From the NCBI GenBank assembly GCA_965218695.1, contig OZ244651.1:832001-896000 (forward strand): DNA of 64,000 bases. Direction: 5' to 3'. Below the pieces are notes generated by a model. The model did not search any database, was not told where the DNA came from, and saw only the letters and a program-made list of their open reading frames with translations. The translations under genes and the position numbers were made by a program. Shown here one piece after another: positions 50,226 through 59,527 of the stretch (position 1 is the stretch's first letter; the number at the start of each line of letters is the position of its first letter). The stretch is from Nitrosopumilus sp. GTDB taxonomy: Archaea > Thermoproteota > Nitrososphaeria > Nitrososphaerales > Nitrosopumilaceae.

Positions 50226-50555
50226 ATGTCTAGGCGACTTACGCTTCCACAGTTAAAGAAATACGATACCACCCAGAAGGTTATTGAGGCACTAGCCAAT
50301 GCCGAATCCCGTGCCATTCTGTTTGCAATTGTCAAGGAGGGAAACACAGCTGCGGATCTGTCTGATAAACTTAAGATTCCCCTCAGCTCGGTATACAAGA
50401 AACTGACCGAACTTGAGGATCTTACGCTGATTCAGGTTGAAAAATGGATGCTCTCTGACAGCGGAAGAAAGTACAAGATATATCGAAGCAGGGTACAGAG
50501 GGCCGAGATCTTCATTAAGAAATCCGAACCCGTCCTGACTCTGATACCAAACTAG
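50226..50555 (+). CDS. ArsR-like winged-helix regulator
   Basis: LA....RAIL....ELS..LKIPLSSVYKKL..L...L. Confidence 0.85.
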   Translation: MSRRLTLPQLKKYDTTQKVIEALANAESRAILFAIVKEGNTAADLSDKLKIPLSSVYKKLTELEDLTLIQVEKWMLSDSGRKYKIYRSRVQRAEIFIKKSEPVLTLIPN

Positions 50556-50560
50556 GGGCC

Positions 50561-50911
50561 ATGGCAAAACCAAGCATCATTCAGCTATCCGAAGTGGACA
50601 TTACCCAGAAGATAATAGGATCGCTTAGCAACGTGTGTACAAGGGCGGTACTGTTCTCTGTCAAGAACCACTCCAAGGATGCAACCCAGATTGCCGACGA
50701 GCTGCAAATCTCACTTTCGACTGTCTACAAGACGCTGTCCACGTTGGAAGATCTTGCGCTTGTAGAGGTGAACAGATACGTCTTTTCAGAGGATGGCAAG
50801 AAGATCAAGCAGTACAGAAGCCGAGTTGGCAGGGTGGAGATTACCATGGAGAATCTGACGCCGATCCTCAACCTGTATCCAAACATCGTCAGCCTAAAGT
50901 CAAACGACTGA
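50561..50911 (+). CDS. ArsR-like winged-helix regulator (paralogue of the preceding gene)
   Basis: IADELQISLSTVYKTL..LE...LV...DGKK.K.YRS. Confidence 0.85.
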   Translation: MAKPSIIQLSEVDITQKIIGSLSNVCTRAVLFSVKNHSKDATQIADELQISLSTVYKTLSTLEDLALVEVNRYVFSEDGKKIKQYRSRVGRVEITMENLTPILNLYPNIVSLKSND

Positions 50912-51160
50912 CATCTGATTGGCTGGCTCGCCGTCCTCACGACCGAATTTGTATGACAACTGTCATCCATGCATGGATGGATGTATACATGCGGTGGCAG
51001 GAGACTGATCTTTCATGTGACACTCCCACACCTGAATGCAGGTTCAGCTTGTGTGATGTATATGGCAGAAGCGGCCGGGCATGGAATCCTGTCTGTTTCA
51101 TGCCCGGATACCAAACCGGCACTCATGAATTTTGTTGTGTGATGGCCGCATCCCTTGGAA

Positions 51161-52186
51161 TTACGTGGTGACGCCATCCAGCATGTCCGAGTCTGCAGCA
51201 TCCCTTATCTCCCTTGCAATGCGTCTTCCCATACTCATGGGCTGGTCAAACAGAAGGGAATAGTACGGAGACCCGTCCATGTAGATGTTGGTTCCTGCAA
51301 CAATTCTGGCAGAGAACTCAAAGGAAGTAAACCTTGCATTCTCATCATAGACTCCCTCGATACAGAACGGCCCGTTCATTCCAGGCGATACGAGTCTTCT
51401 TGAGGCATCAACGAACCTCTGGCCCATGCGATACACCTCGTCCAATAATGACTCCCGGAGTACCAGCGGACTGTTCCCTATAACGTTAAACGAGGGAACC
51501 TTGCTGCGCTTCATCTGTTCGGGTGACGGTATCCTTGCCAGTCCCTCTATGTCCGATTCATGCCTTTGATCAGCTCCAAAGAACTCCAACTCATCCCTGA
51601 CAGGCGAGTAGAAGAACTGCAGGTATGCCAGCACTCCTGCAGCATACTCTTGAATGTACAGCGTCTCATCCTCTGATATTATCCCCTCCGATACAAGCTG
51701 TCTCCTTTTGGAGTCATAGTCCTGCGGATTGGCTGCAATGAAATACCCCTTTCCGCCTGCGGCCCCTTGTCGTTTTACTATCACCATTCTGTCAATGTCC
51801 TCGGGATCCGTGACCTGCCTTGGCATTGGAAGGTCTGCTGCCCTCATGAGCCTCTCCTTCATTGTCCTATCAGATTCCCATCGAAGAATCCACTTGTTCC
51901 CAAAGACGGGCGTCTTTATGGATTCGATCTCCCCGGGACTCATCTGGGCTATCAGGGTTCCGTGCGGAATCAGGATTGCATCGTTGTCATCTAGAACCGA
52001 CTGGCACCTCTGCTCAAGAACCTCCCTAAACGAATCCACCACCACCATCTCGTCAATGAATGGAAACCTCCGGTACAGGCTCTGGCGCCTCTTCTCGCAG
52101 ACCAGTATCGTCTTAAAGCCCTCGTCCTTGGCTCCCTTTAGTACCTGTAATGAACAGTGCGAACCCAGCGTTGCAATGGCAGTCAT
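51161..52186 (-). CDS. purP: FAICAR synthetase (formate-phosphoribosylaminoimidazolecarboxamide ligase)
   Basis: IATLGSH.SLQ.L.GAKDEGF, GGKGYF, GN.P..LRESLL, FEFSARIVAGTN. Confidence 0.95.
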   Translation of the reverse strand: MTAIATLGSHCSLQVLKGAKDEGFKTILVCEKRRQSLYRRFPFIDEMVVVDSFREVLEQRCQSVLDDNDAILIPHGTLIAQMSPGEIESIKTPVFGNKWILRWESDRTMKERLMRAADLPMPRQVTDPEDIDRMVIVKRQGAAGGKGYFIAANPQDYDSKRRQLVSEGIISEDETLYIQEYAAGVLAYLQFFYSPVRDELEFFGADQRHESDIEGLARIPSPEQMKRSKVPSFNVIGNSPLVLRESLLDEVYRMGQRFVDASRRLVSPGMNGPFCIEGVYDENARFTSFEFSARIVAGTNIYMDGSPYYSLLFDQPMSMGRRIAREIRDAADSDMLDGVTT

Positions 52187-52215
52187 GAATTGTGATCGAG
52201 ATTGGGTTCTGCGCC

Positions 52216-52425
52216 TTATGAATTATGTGCAGATGAGACATACTCAAACACCTCGTCAATGAGCCCTGCGCTCAGTGCATGCCGGGCATCCTCCGGAACC
52301 ACCTTCAGAACAAAGTCGTACAGCGTGACTCCCTCGGGCAGGTCGTCCCTCTCCTGTAGCAGGGAGTACACTGCAATCCCGTTTGCAATGATGGCAACCA
52401 TCCTCTCCCGTTCGGACAATGTCAT
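52216..52425 (-). CDS. Small hypothetical protein
   Basis: Compact protein-like ORF upstream of purP. Confidence 0.7.
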   Translation of the reverse strand: MTLSERERMVAIIANGIAVYSLLQERDDLPEGVTLYDFVLKVVPEDARHALSAGLIDEVFEYVSSAHNS

Positions 52426-52769
52426 GACAGGCGTACCTGACTGTGGTATTTATTTTACAGACTTGGATAACGGAGTCCATATTCTGCAGGGATCGGACCC
52501 GTCTGGAACTGCAAAGGATGATCCCTGTAGTTTTGGAACAGGAATCTGTCACATGGTGTTTGACGGGGGCATGATTCTGTCAGCAACAACAGCAGCAGCA
52601 GCAGTATCTGCAAAGGTCTGGATGGCTCCTGCGTGTTCACTGATGTAACATGCCTGGGTCTGCAAGGCAGGAACGAACTCGCGCCGGATGCTGGCATGCA
52701 TGACCCGGGCGCGATGCAGGCGACCCCCGGCGTCTTAAAATTTAGATAAGATGGGCCCAAAAAATATTC

Positions 52770-53144
52770 ATGGTCACGCATGGTGAGCATCTGAAGGGGA
52801 TACTTGGCCTTATTCTCAAATCCTATGACGCGCTCCGTGAAATCCAGGACAGGCCCGGGGATCTCGACTCGATCAAAATGGAGCTGCTGAGGATAAACGG
52901 GTTTTTACGGGTAATTGCAAATAACATCGAAGGTGACAGGATACAGGTGTCTGACTTTGGCCCGCTGAAGAAAAAGTTCCGGCACTATCTGGAGAACTAC
53001 TACTTTGAAAAGGAGATCGACACCATCATTGAGATATATCCTGCCGACACGCACAGAATCAAGAATATCCGGCTAAAGATACTAGAGGCGCTTGAAGACA
53101 GGAAGATGATGGATGCGACAGCAGAGATGGTTGGTGCCCTGTGA
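52770..53144 (+). CDS. Hypothetical protein
   Basis: Helical protein-like ORF. Confidence 0.7.
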   Translation: MVTHGEHLKGILGLILKSYDALREIQDRPGDLDSIKMELLRINGFLRVIANNIEGDRIQVSDFGPLKKKFRHYLENYYFEKEIDTIIEIYPADTHRIKNIRLKILEALEDRKMMDATAEMVGAL

Positions 53145-53413
53145 CTGAAGAGACCTGTATTTTGTGTGGCTGCCGGGACCACAAGCTGTTTGGATGCTCA
53201 AGGCACGTTCTAAAGAAATGCTCATGCTACAGATGACCGCGCTTGGGACCTGATCTCTGGTGAAAGTTGAGACAGCACGGGCATTCCTTTTCAAGACAGT
53301 CAGACTCGTGGTGGTGACCGCATATGCCACACTCACAACTTTTGGACATAACCCCGACACCCACGCATGAATATACTTTGTCGACAGATTATTTATGAGT
53401 TTGAGATTAAAGG

Positions 53414-53722
53414 CTATCTTTTAGATCTGCGAGGCTTGTACTTTCCCTTCAATTCCTTTTCAATTGCCTCCTTTTTATTGTCAACTGCCCGGATAATCTC
53501 CTGTATTACTCCGTCCAGATCGCTGTCTCGGGCACCGGGTTTTACATTTTCTGCAATCGCATTAATCGTAGTGGAGATGTTTGCACTCACGTCCTCAAAA
53601 CTCTCAGGATCCTCGTAGGCCACGTTGTACAGGCTCTTGAGGCTGTTGACCTGTCCTATCACCTGTTCTGTCAGGACGATCACATAGTCATTTCCATTAA
53701 CACTAAACTCCCTTGAACTCAT
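53414..53722 (-). CDS. Hypothetical protein
   Basis: Protein-like ORF with TATA (ttataaac) upstream. Confidence 0.75.
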   Translation of the reverse strand: MSSREFSVNGNDYVIVLTEQVIGQVNSLKSLYNVAYEDPESFEDVSANISTTINAIAENVKPGARDSDLDGVIQEIIRAVDNKKEAIEKELKGKYKPRRSKR

Positions 53723-53812
53723 ACGATTTTTGAAATTCTTTTTGTTTATAATGCTTTTCGAATGTTTCTGGGCAGGTGGTTAGGTTTACGCCCAACTCCA
53801 CAACGTTGCATA

Positions 53813-54900
53813 TAGTGTCGATCAAAAGTTTTTTACATTTAGGGACTTTCTACAGATGAACTCCATTACGTCAATCCTTGGACGCGCGGTCCTGAAATAC
53901 TCCGACATCGCGTTGCGCATCTGCACTATCGTGGCATAGTACTCGGACACCAGCACGTTACGTTTCGCCTGGTGCCAGTACTCCTCCACGCCGCTAAGCT
54001 CGGGCGTTGCAGCTGGAAGCCACATGACCTTGATGTCGGGATTTTCCTTTAGAAATTTCATCACGATCCTTGACTTGTGTTGTGGCGCATTATCCATGAT
54101 TACGACCACCTTTCCAAAATGCCTGACCAGATCCTTGAGATACTGCAGGACCGTCTCCTTGTCAAATTTTTCATGCGTCCTGAAGAACTGCCTGCCGTCT
54201 GTTACAATGGAACCGTATGCCACCACCTTTCCGTGCCGTCCCTTGTATGTCGTGACAATCGGCTCGCCTTCTGGCGACCAATACTTTACGCCCGATGCCG
54301 GATCGTCTACAAATATGGCCTCGTCAAAGACGACTGGGAGAAAACCCTTCTCTTGCAGGCGTGAAATCCGCCTTTTGGCGTTGCGCTGCCACTGCCTGAT
54401 CTTTTTGATCTCTGGCCTGTTGACGTGGATGCGCTGGACCGTCTTGGCAGACAGGCCAAGCCTGTGCATTATCTTTGTGACGTTTGAAATGTGGTATGTC
54501 ACCTTGAATTCTTTGCGTATGTTTTCTTTGAGCTGCTTTGGAGTTGTGATGCTGCCAGTCCTTGCTGCAAGCCCCGCAATCTTCTCAAGCCCGACCTTGG
54601 GCGGCCTGCCCGGGCGGGGCCTGTCTTCCAGGCCTGCAAGACCCTCGCTATCAAAATGCCGGACCCAGCTTGTGACAGTGTGCGGGTCGCAAAAGCACAG
54701 TGATGCCACCTCGGATACGCCCAGCCCCCTGATCTTGACCATGCAGACGGCGTGGATCCTGTCCTTTATGGTTCCCCTCTTCTCTTTCTTGTAGGCCTGG
54801 ATTAACAGCTTTTTGCTTTTTTCATCCATGTGGGCGGTAGTGCGGAGTGATCAAAAAATGTTACGCTCAGACTGACGTAGAAGACTTTTGATTGACACTA
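53813..54900 (-). mobile_element. IS630-family element, 1088 bp
   Basis: 24-bp TIR tagtgtcgatcaaaagttttttac vs tagtgtcaatcaaaagtcttctac (21/24); TA duplication at 53811-53812 and 54901-54902. Confidence 0.93.
53822..54829 (-). CDS. IS630 transposase (single intact ORF)
   Basis: GL.D.PRPGRPPK, FDEA, MDNAPQHK, PELSGVEEYW. Confidence 0.95.
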   Translation of the reverse strand: MDEKSKKLLIQAYKKEKRGTIKDRIHAVCMVKIRGLGVSEVASLCFCDPHTVTSWVRHFDSEGLAGLEDRPRPGRPPKVGLEKIAGLAARTGSITTPKQLKENIRKEFKVTYHISNVTKIMHRLGLSAKTVQRIHVNRPEIKKIRQWQRNAKRRISRLQEKGFLPVVFDEAIFVDDPASGVKYWSPEGEPIVTTYKGRHGKVVAYGSIVTDGRQFFRTHEKFDKETVLQYLKDLVRHFGKVVVIMDNAPQHKSRIVMKFLKENPDIKVMWLPAATPELSGVEEYWHQAKRNVLVSEYYATIVQMRNAMSEYFRTARPRIDVMEFICRKSLNVKNF

Positions 54901-55184
54901 TACATCAGACCCAAATGGTTACGTTTCTGGACATGCATTCAACATTTCTCCAAGCGTAAACATGATCGACTCTGCAAGGCCCCGCCTGGTTTTGGGCGTG
55001 GCCCGGACATGTGCCTTGGGGGGAGACCACATGGAAATGCCCGCGCTGTCAGGGTGACGGTGGTCCCTGTGGCCTTGCCCTTCCATGAGAGTCTGCCTGA
55101 CATTGCCCTCATCCGGGCCGGTCGTATCTGTGTGCGGGCAGACCCTGACTTGCATGCACTTTAAATTATCACAACCTGCCTGTA

Positions 55185-56528
55185 ATGACGATGGGCGCCG
55201 GCGCGTATCTCAAGTGTATTGATCCCAGATGCGGTCTGGAATATCCAGTAGAGTACGCCGATGTGCAGTGTGCCAAGGGACACCTGCTTGATGTGATGTA
55301 CGGGAACAGACCGTCTGAGAGCCTCAAGGAGACATTCTACATGAGGCGGAACCCACAGGGCAGCATATTCAACGAGAGTGGGGTGTGGCGATTCAGGGAT
55401 CTGCTGAACTTTTGTCAGATAGATACAGAGGACGTACGGGAATGTTCAGAGAATCTTGTGTCCCTGGACGGAGCCGAAGGCAGGCAGTCAAAACCGTACC
55501 AGATGTCCAAGGTCGCAGAGTTTATCGGAATTCCGAGCCAGTGCCTCTGGCTACAGCCTGAAGGATACAACCCCAGCGGCTCGTTTAAGGATAACGGAAT
55601 GGCAACTGCCGTGACGCATGCCAAGATGGTGGGCGCCGAGAAGATAGTCTGCGCATCCACGGGAAACACCTCTGCCTCTGCGGGAATGTTTGCAGCCAAC
55701 GAGGGGATAGACTGCGACGTCTACATACCAGCAGGACAGATAGCCCCGGGAAAGCTAAGCCAGGCATCCCAGTTCGGAGCCCAGATTGTAGAGGTTGACG
55801 GGAACTTTGATGATGCACTAAACCAGTCCCTGGAGGATGCCAGGAACCACGGCGGATACACGGTAAACTCTGTCAACCCGTTCAGGATAGAGGGGCAAAA
55901 GACGATTCCGTTTCGTGCCCTAGAATATCTTGATTGGGAGGCGCCTGACTGGATAGTATATCCAGGGGGGGCGTTGGGAAACACCGCAAGCTGTGGCAAG
56001 GCCCTTACGGAGCTGTATGATCTGGGGTGGATCAAGAAGATCCCGCGGATTGCAGTCATTAATGCACATGGAGCCTCTACCCTGTCTGAGCTGTACAATG
56101 GGGAATTTGAAGGTGAGGAGCTGCGATGGAACAAGGGACGCCCAAACACCGATCTGATTACCAGGTACTATGACTATCTGGACCAGGAGAGGCTGCGTCC
56201 AAAGACCCACGCCACTGCAATTCAGATAGGAAGACCTGCAAACATTCTCAAGGGATTACGCGCATTGGAGTTTACAGACGGCGTGGTGACCACCGTCTCG
56301 GACTCTGAGATGCTTGACGGCATGTCCGTTGTCGGATTGAACGGATTTGACTGCGAGATGGCATCCGGTGCCACCGTGGTGGGCGTGAAGAAACTGATTG
56401 GCCAGGAAGTGATTAAACGGGATGACACCGTGGTGGGAATTCTTACCGGCAGGCAAAAGGATGCAATGCTGTCTGTGACGTATCATAACAACCCTGAAAA
56501 CATATTTGCAAGGCCTCCCAAGAACTAG
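55185..56528 (+). CDS. thrC: Threonine synthase
   Basis: EG.NPSGSFKD.GM, CASTGNTSAS, NSVNPFRIEGQKT, ATAIQIG.P. Confidence 0.93.
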   Translation: MTMGAGAYLKCIDPRCGLEYPVEYADVQCAKGHLLDVMYGNRPSESLKETFYMRRNPQGSIFNESGVWRFRDLLNFCQIDTEDVRECSENLVSLDGAEGRQSKPYQMSKVAEFIGIPSQCLWLQPEGYNPSGSFKDNGMATAVTHAKMVGAEKIVCASTGNTSASAGMFAANEGIDCDVYIPAGQIAPGKLSQASQFGAQIVEVDGNFDDALNQSLEDARNHGGYTVNSVNPFRIEGQKTIPFRALEYLDWEAPDWIVYPGGALGNTASCGKALTELYDLGWIKKIPRIAVINAHGASTLSELYNGEFEGEELRWNKGRPNTDLITRYYDYLDQERLRPKTHATAIQIGRPANILKGLRALEFTDGVVTTVSDSEMLDGMSVVGLNGFDCEMASGATVVGVKKLIGQEVIKRDDTVVGILTGRQKDAMLSVTYHNNPENIFARPPKN

Positions 56529-56820
56529 CCTGTCCTGGCAGATGCATGGATCCGGCAACGATGAGGCTGGAAGGTCTGACAGGGCACCGGAGAGGGTAAC
56601 GTTCACGGTCGCAGGACAGGCTACGCGAACCCATGCCCGTTGCCATGGGCTGCACCGCCAGGCGTGCATGCTGTGCCTGTAACCCCTAGTCGTGAATCTA
56701 GCCCGGCAAAATGAAAAGATTAAATCCATGCTCGGCACATATACTGCAACCAAGAGATGGTGTCAAAGAACTAAATGAACAAAGGCACAATTGTTCCAAG
56801 CAATTCTATCGGAGGGAATG

Positions 56821-58074
56821 ATGGCAGATTTGTGGATTGAAGTACTGGTGCTGGCAGTACTCATCGGGATGTCCGGCTTCTTTAGCGGATTGGAAGTCGC
56901 GCTGGTCGGAGTCAGAAAATCAAAGATAGTCCAGCTGCTAAATGACAAAAAGAAGGGCGCCAAGGCACTGCACAAACTCAAGACGAACCCAAGCTGGATG
57001 ATGTCAAGTGTAAACCTTGGAAACAACCTTGTCAACGTGGGCGCATCTGCCCTTGCAACCAGCGTGGCAATAAGGCTATTCGGTGATGAGGGGCTGGGAA
57101 TCGCAGTGGGGATAATGACGTTTCTGATTCTGATATTCGGGGAGATCACTCCCAAGACATACTGTAATGCAAACTCTACAAAGATTGCACTCAGATACGC
57201 GCCTGTTCTGTTGGTATTCAGTTATGCGTTCTACCCTGTAGTCAAGTTCTTTGAAATTATTACCCGGGGCGTTGTCCGGCTGACAGGAAGCAGTCACGCC
57301 CCTCCACCAATTACTGAAGATGAGATACGGGGGGTGATCGCACAGGGGCTGGAGGAGAAGGCAATTGAGCGCGACGAGATGGAGATGGCAGCAGGCGCCC
57401 TAAAGTTTGACGATACTGTGATCCGTTCTGTCATGACGCCGCGCACGCGGATGTTCACGCTTCCCTCAAAAATGCTGCTCTCTGAGGCCCTGCCCATGAT
57501 TAACCAGAGCGGGCACTCAAGAATTCCAATATTTGAGAATTCAAGGGACGAGGTGGTCGGGTTTGTCCACGTCCGGGACGTCCTAAAGGAACTCGAAGGG
57601 AACAATCGGATGATTCGGCTCAAACAGATGGCAAGGGAACCTGTCTTTGTATCCCAGGAAAAGACGGTCAGCTCCCTGCTCAAGGAGATGAAGGGAAGAA
57701 AGACGCACATGGCAATCGTTATTGACGAACACGGCGGGACTGAGGGGTTGGTTACCCTAGAGGACCTGCTTGAGGAGATAGTCGGCGAGATTGAGGATGA
57801 GACTGATGCGGCAAGGCCTGCAGGATACGAAAGGGTAGACAGAGACACCATAATCGCCAGCGGGGAGATCGAGATTGACACCATCAACGGGATCTTCAAT
57901 ACTCGGATTCCAGAGGGTGACGACTATGCCTCGCTCAGCGGGTTGCTGCACGAGAGGCTTCATGACATACCGCAAGAGGGGGACAAGATCGAGATCGACA
58001 ACCTGAGGATAATAGTCGAGGAGGTATCAAAGAACATTCCGCAGCGTGTAAGGATACGAAGAGTCCACAGTTAG
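56821..58074 (+). CDS. CNNM/CBS/CorC hemolysin-family transporter
   Basis: SGFFSGLE.A, GEITPK, VMTPR, HSRIP, DEHGG..GLVTLEDLLEEIVGEI.DE.D. Confidence 0.93.
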   Translation: MADLWIEVLVLAVLIGMSGFFSGLEVALVGVRKSKIVQLLNDKKKGAKALHKLKTNPSWMMSSVNLGNNLVNVGASALATSVAIRLFGDEGLGIAVGIMTFLILIFGEITPKTYCNANSTKIALRYAPVLLVFSYAFYPVVKFFEIITRGVVRLTGSSHAPPPITEDEIRGVIAQGLEEKAIERDEMEMAAGALKFDDTVIRSVMTPRTRMFTLPSKMLLSEALPMINQSGHSRIPIFENSRDEVVGFVHVRDVLKELEGNNRMIRLKQMAREPVFVSQEKTVSSLLKEMKGRKTHMAIVIDEHGGTEGLVTLEDLLEEIVGEIEDETDAARPAGYERVDRDTIIASGEIEIDTINGIFNTRIPEGDDYASLSGLLHERLHDIPQEGDKIEIDNLRIIVEEVSKNIPQRVRIRRVHS

Positions 58075-59117
58075 GCTTTGAAGTGCTGCTGCAGCTGGTG
58101 TTTCTTTTCTGCCATGTGAAACACCGACTCTGTGTGTGCTGCAGCCTCGCGGTATACTCTTCCAAACAGCATTGCCTGCATCAGCATGTGATTCTCTGGA
58201 ATGACTATCCCGGTTTGATCATCCGAGTACATCATCTGGACGGTATCTTCGATGGAGGCTGTCATGTTGGCATGTATGTGAATCATGTTGGTGTCTGTAA
58301 AGTGGAACTTCATGTTCCGGGCATACTCCCTTACATCCTTGGTGCCCCGGGCAGTCCAGAGCACGGCAACCCCGGGCTCTTCTGCAAATATACTGTGAAT
58401 CTCAGATGGGTTTGGGGCAGTACCGTCAAACCGGACATCCATGATGTGCAGGTGCATCTGCCTTGTAGGCACCTTTATGGCCCTTACGAAGAGCGGCGCG
58501 TCCCTTCCGAAATACGTCTTGACGTCATCCCCGTGATGGGGTCCCTCTGTCATCTCTATGGTGTCCGGAACGTCCTTGTCTGTCTGCTCCATGTCTGCCC
58601 ATCTCCTTATCAGGGTCACGTCAAAGCGGGACAGGCGACTGCCGTATCTGTCACGTAGCGGTTCGAGTATCCTTCCCATGCCTGTCACATTGCAGCTGCC
58701 CTGCATGATATGCTGCTCTCCCAGTGCCTGATCGTAGTTTGATCTGGAGTTGAATAGGATCTTTGAGACTGCATCCGGCCCCGTAACCGTCTCTCCTCCC
58801 TGGTATATGGCCATAATGCCCCTGGGCTCGTAGAGATCCCTCTTGTTTGCAAAGCCGCGTCCTCCCGGGGATGCATCAATCACCAGATCACACTCGTCCA
58901 GTGCAGATTCGACGGTTCCTGAAATCTTGTGTTCCGGGAAGCGCTCCAACCTTTCCTGAGGGACATAAACTGCAAAGCCTTTGGTTATTGCAGCATCCAC
59001 TGCCCCGTCATGAGAGTACTTTCCAACGCCGACAACTGATACCTCCGGATCGTCCATCAGGAATGCGGCAATCCGGCTTCCGATGGAGCCATACCCGTTG
59101 ACAAAGATCTTCTTCAC
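58071..59117 (-). CDS. gap: Glyceraldehyde-3-phosphate dehydrogenase, archaeal type II
   Basis: VNGYGSIG.R, QGGE, SCNVTG, HHG.DV, IVIPEN. Confidence 0.93.
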   Translation of the reverse strand: MKKIFVNGYGSIGSRIAAFLMDDPEVSVVGVGKYSHDGAVDAAITKGFAVYVPQERLERFPEHKISGTVESALDECDLVIDASPGGRGFANKRDLYEPRGIMAIYQGGETVTGPDAVSKILFNSRSNYDQALGEQHIMQGSCNVTGMGRILEPLRDRYGSRLSRFDVTLIRRWADMEQTDKDVPDTIEMTEGPHHGDDVKTYFGRDAPLFVRAIKVPTRQMHLHIMDVRFDGTAPNPSEIHSIFAEEPGVAVLWTARGTKDVREYARNMKFHFTDTNMIHIHANMTASIEDTVQMMYSDDQTGIVIPENHMLMQAMLFGRVYREAAAHTESVFHMAEKKHQLQQHFKA

Positions 59118-59527
59118 AGATGGGAGTGGGGTCTGGCCTATTTATTTAGATTATTTTGGATGTTCGCAAAACCGACACGCCTCTGACCTCAGGAAAGCCC
59201 TGGCGGTTGGCAGCGTATGGCTTTGTGTATGATTCTCAACCTTGTTCCACAAAGAACTAAATGGACTTCTGTCCGTCGTGGTTTGTTGAGGCGCAGTAGG
59301 TTGGTTGGACTTGGGGGTGCAGTTGCTGCCGGAGTGCTGGCTGCATTGCTTGCGTTCGGAGGTTCAGAGGACACGTCGATATCGGATCCTGGGGAGATCG
59401 GGACCGGTTCTACCATTGCCGCAGAGACGCTGCTGGCACACGGTTCCCCGGTTCTGGGGGATGCAGATGCGCCAATAATCCTTGTGGAGTTTGGCGACTA
59501 TCAGTGCCATTTCTGTAACGTCTTCTT

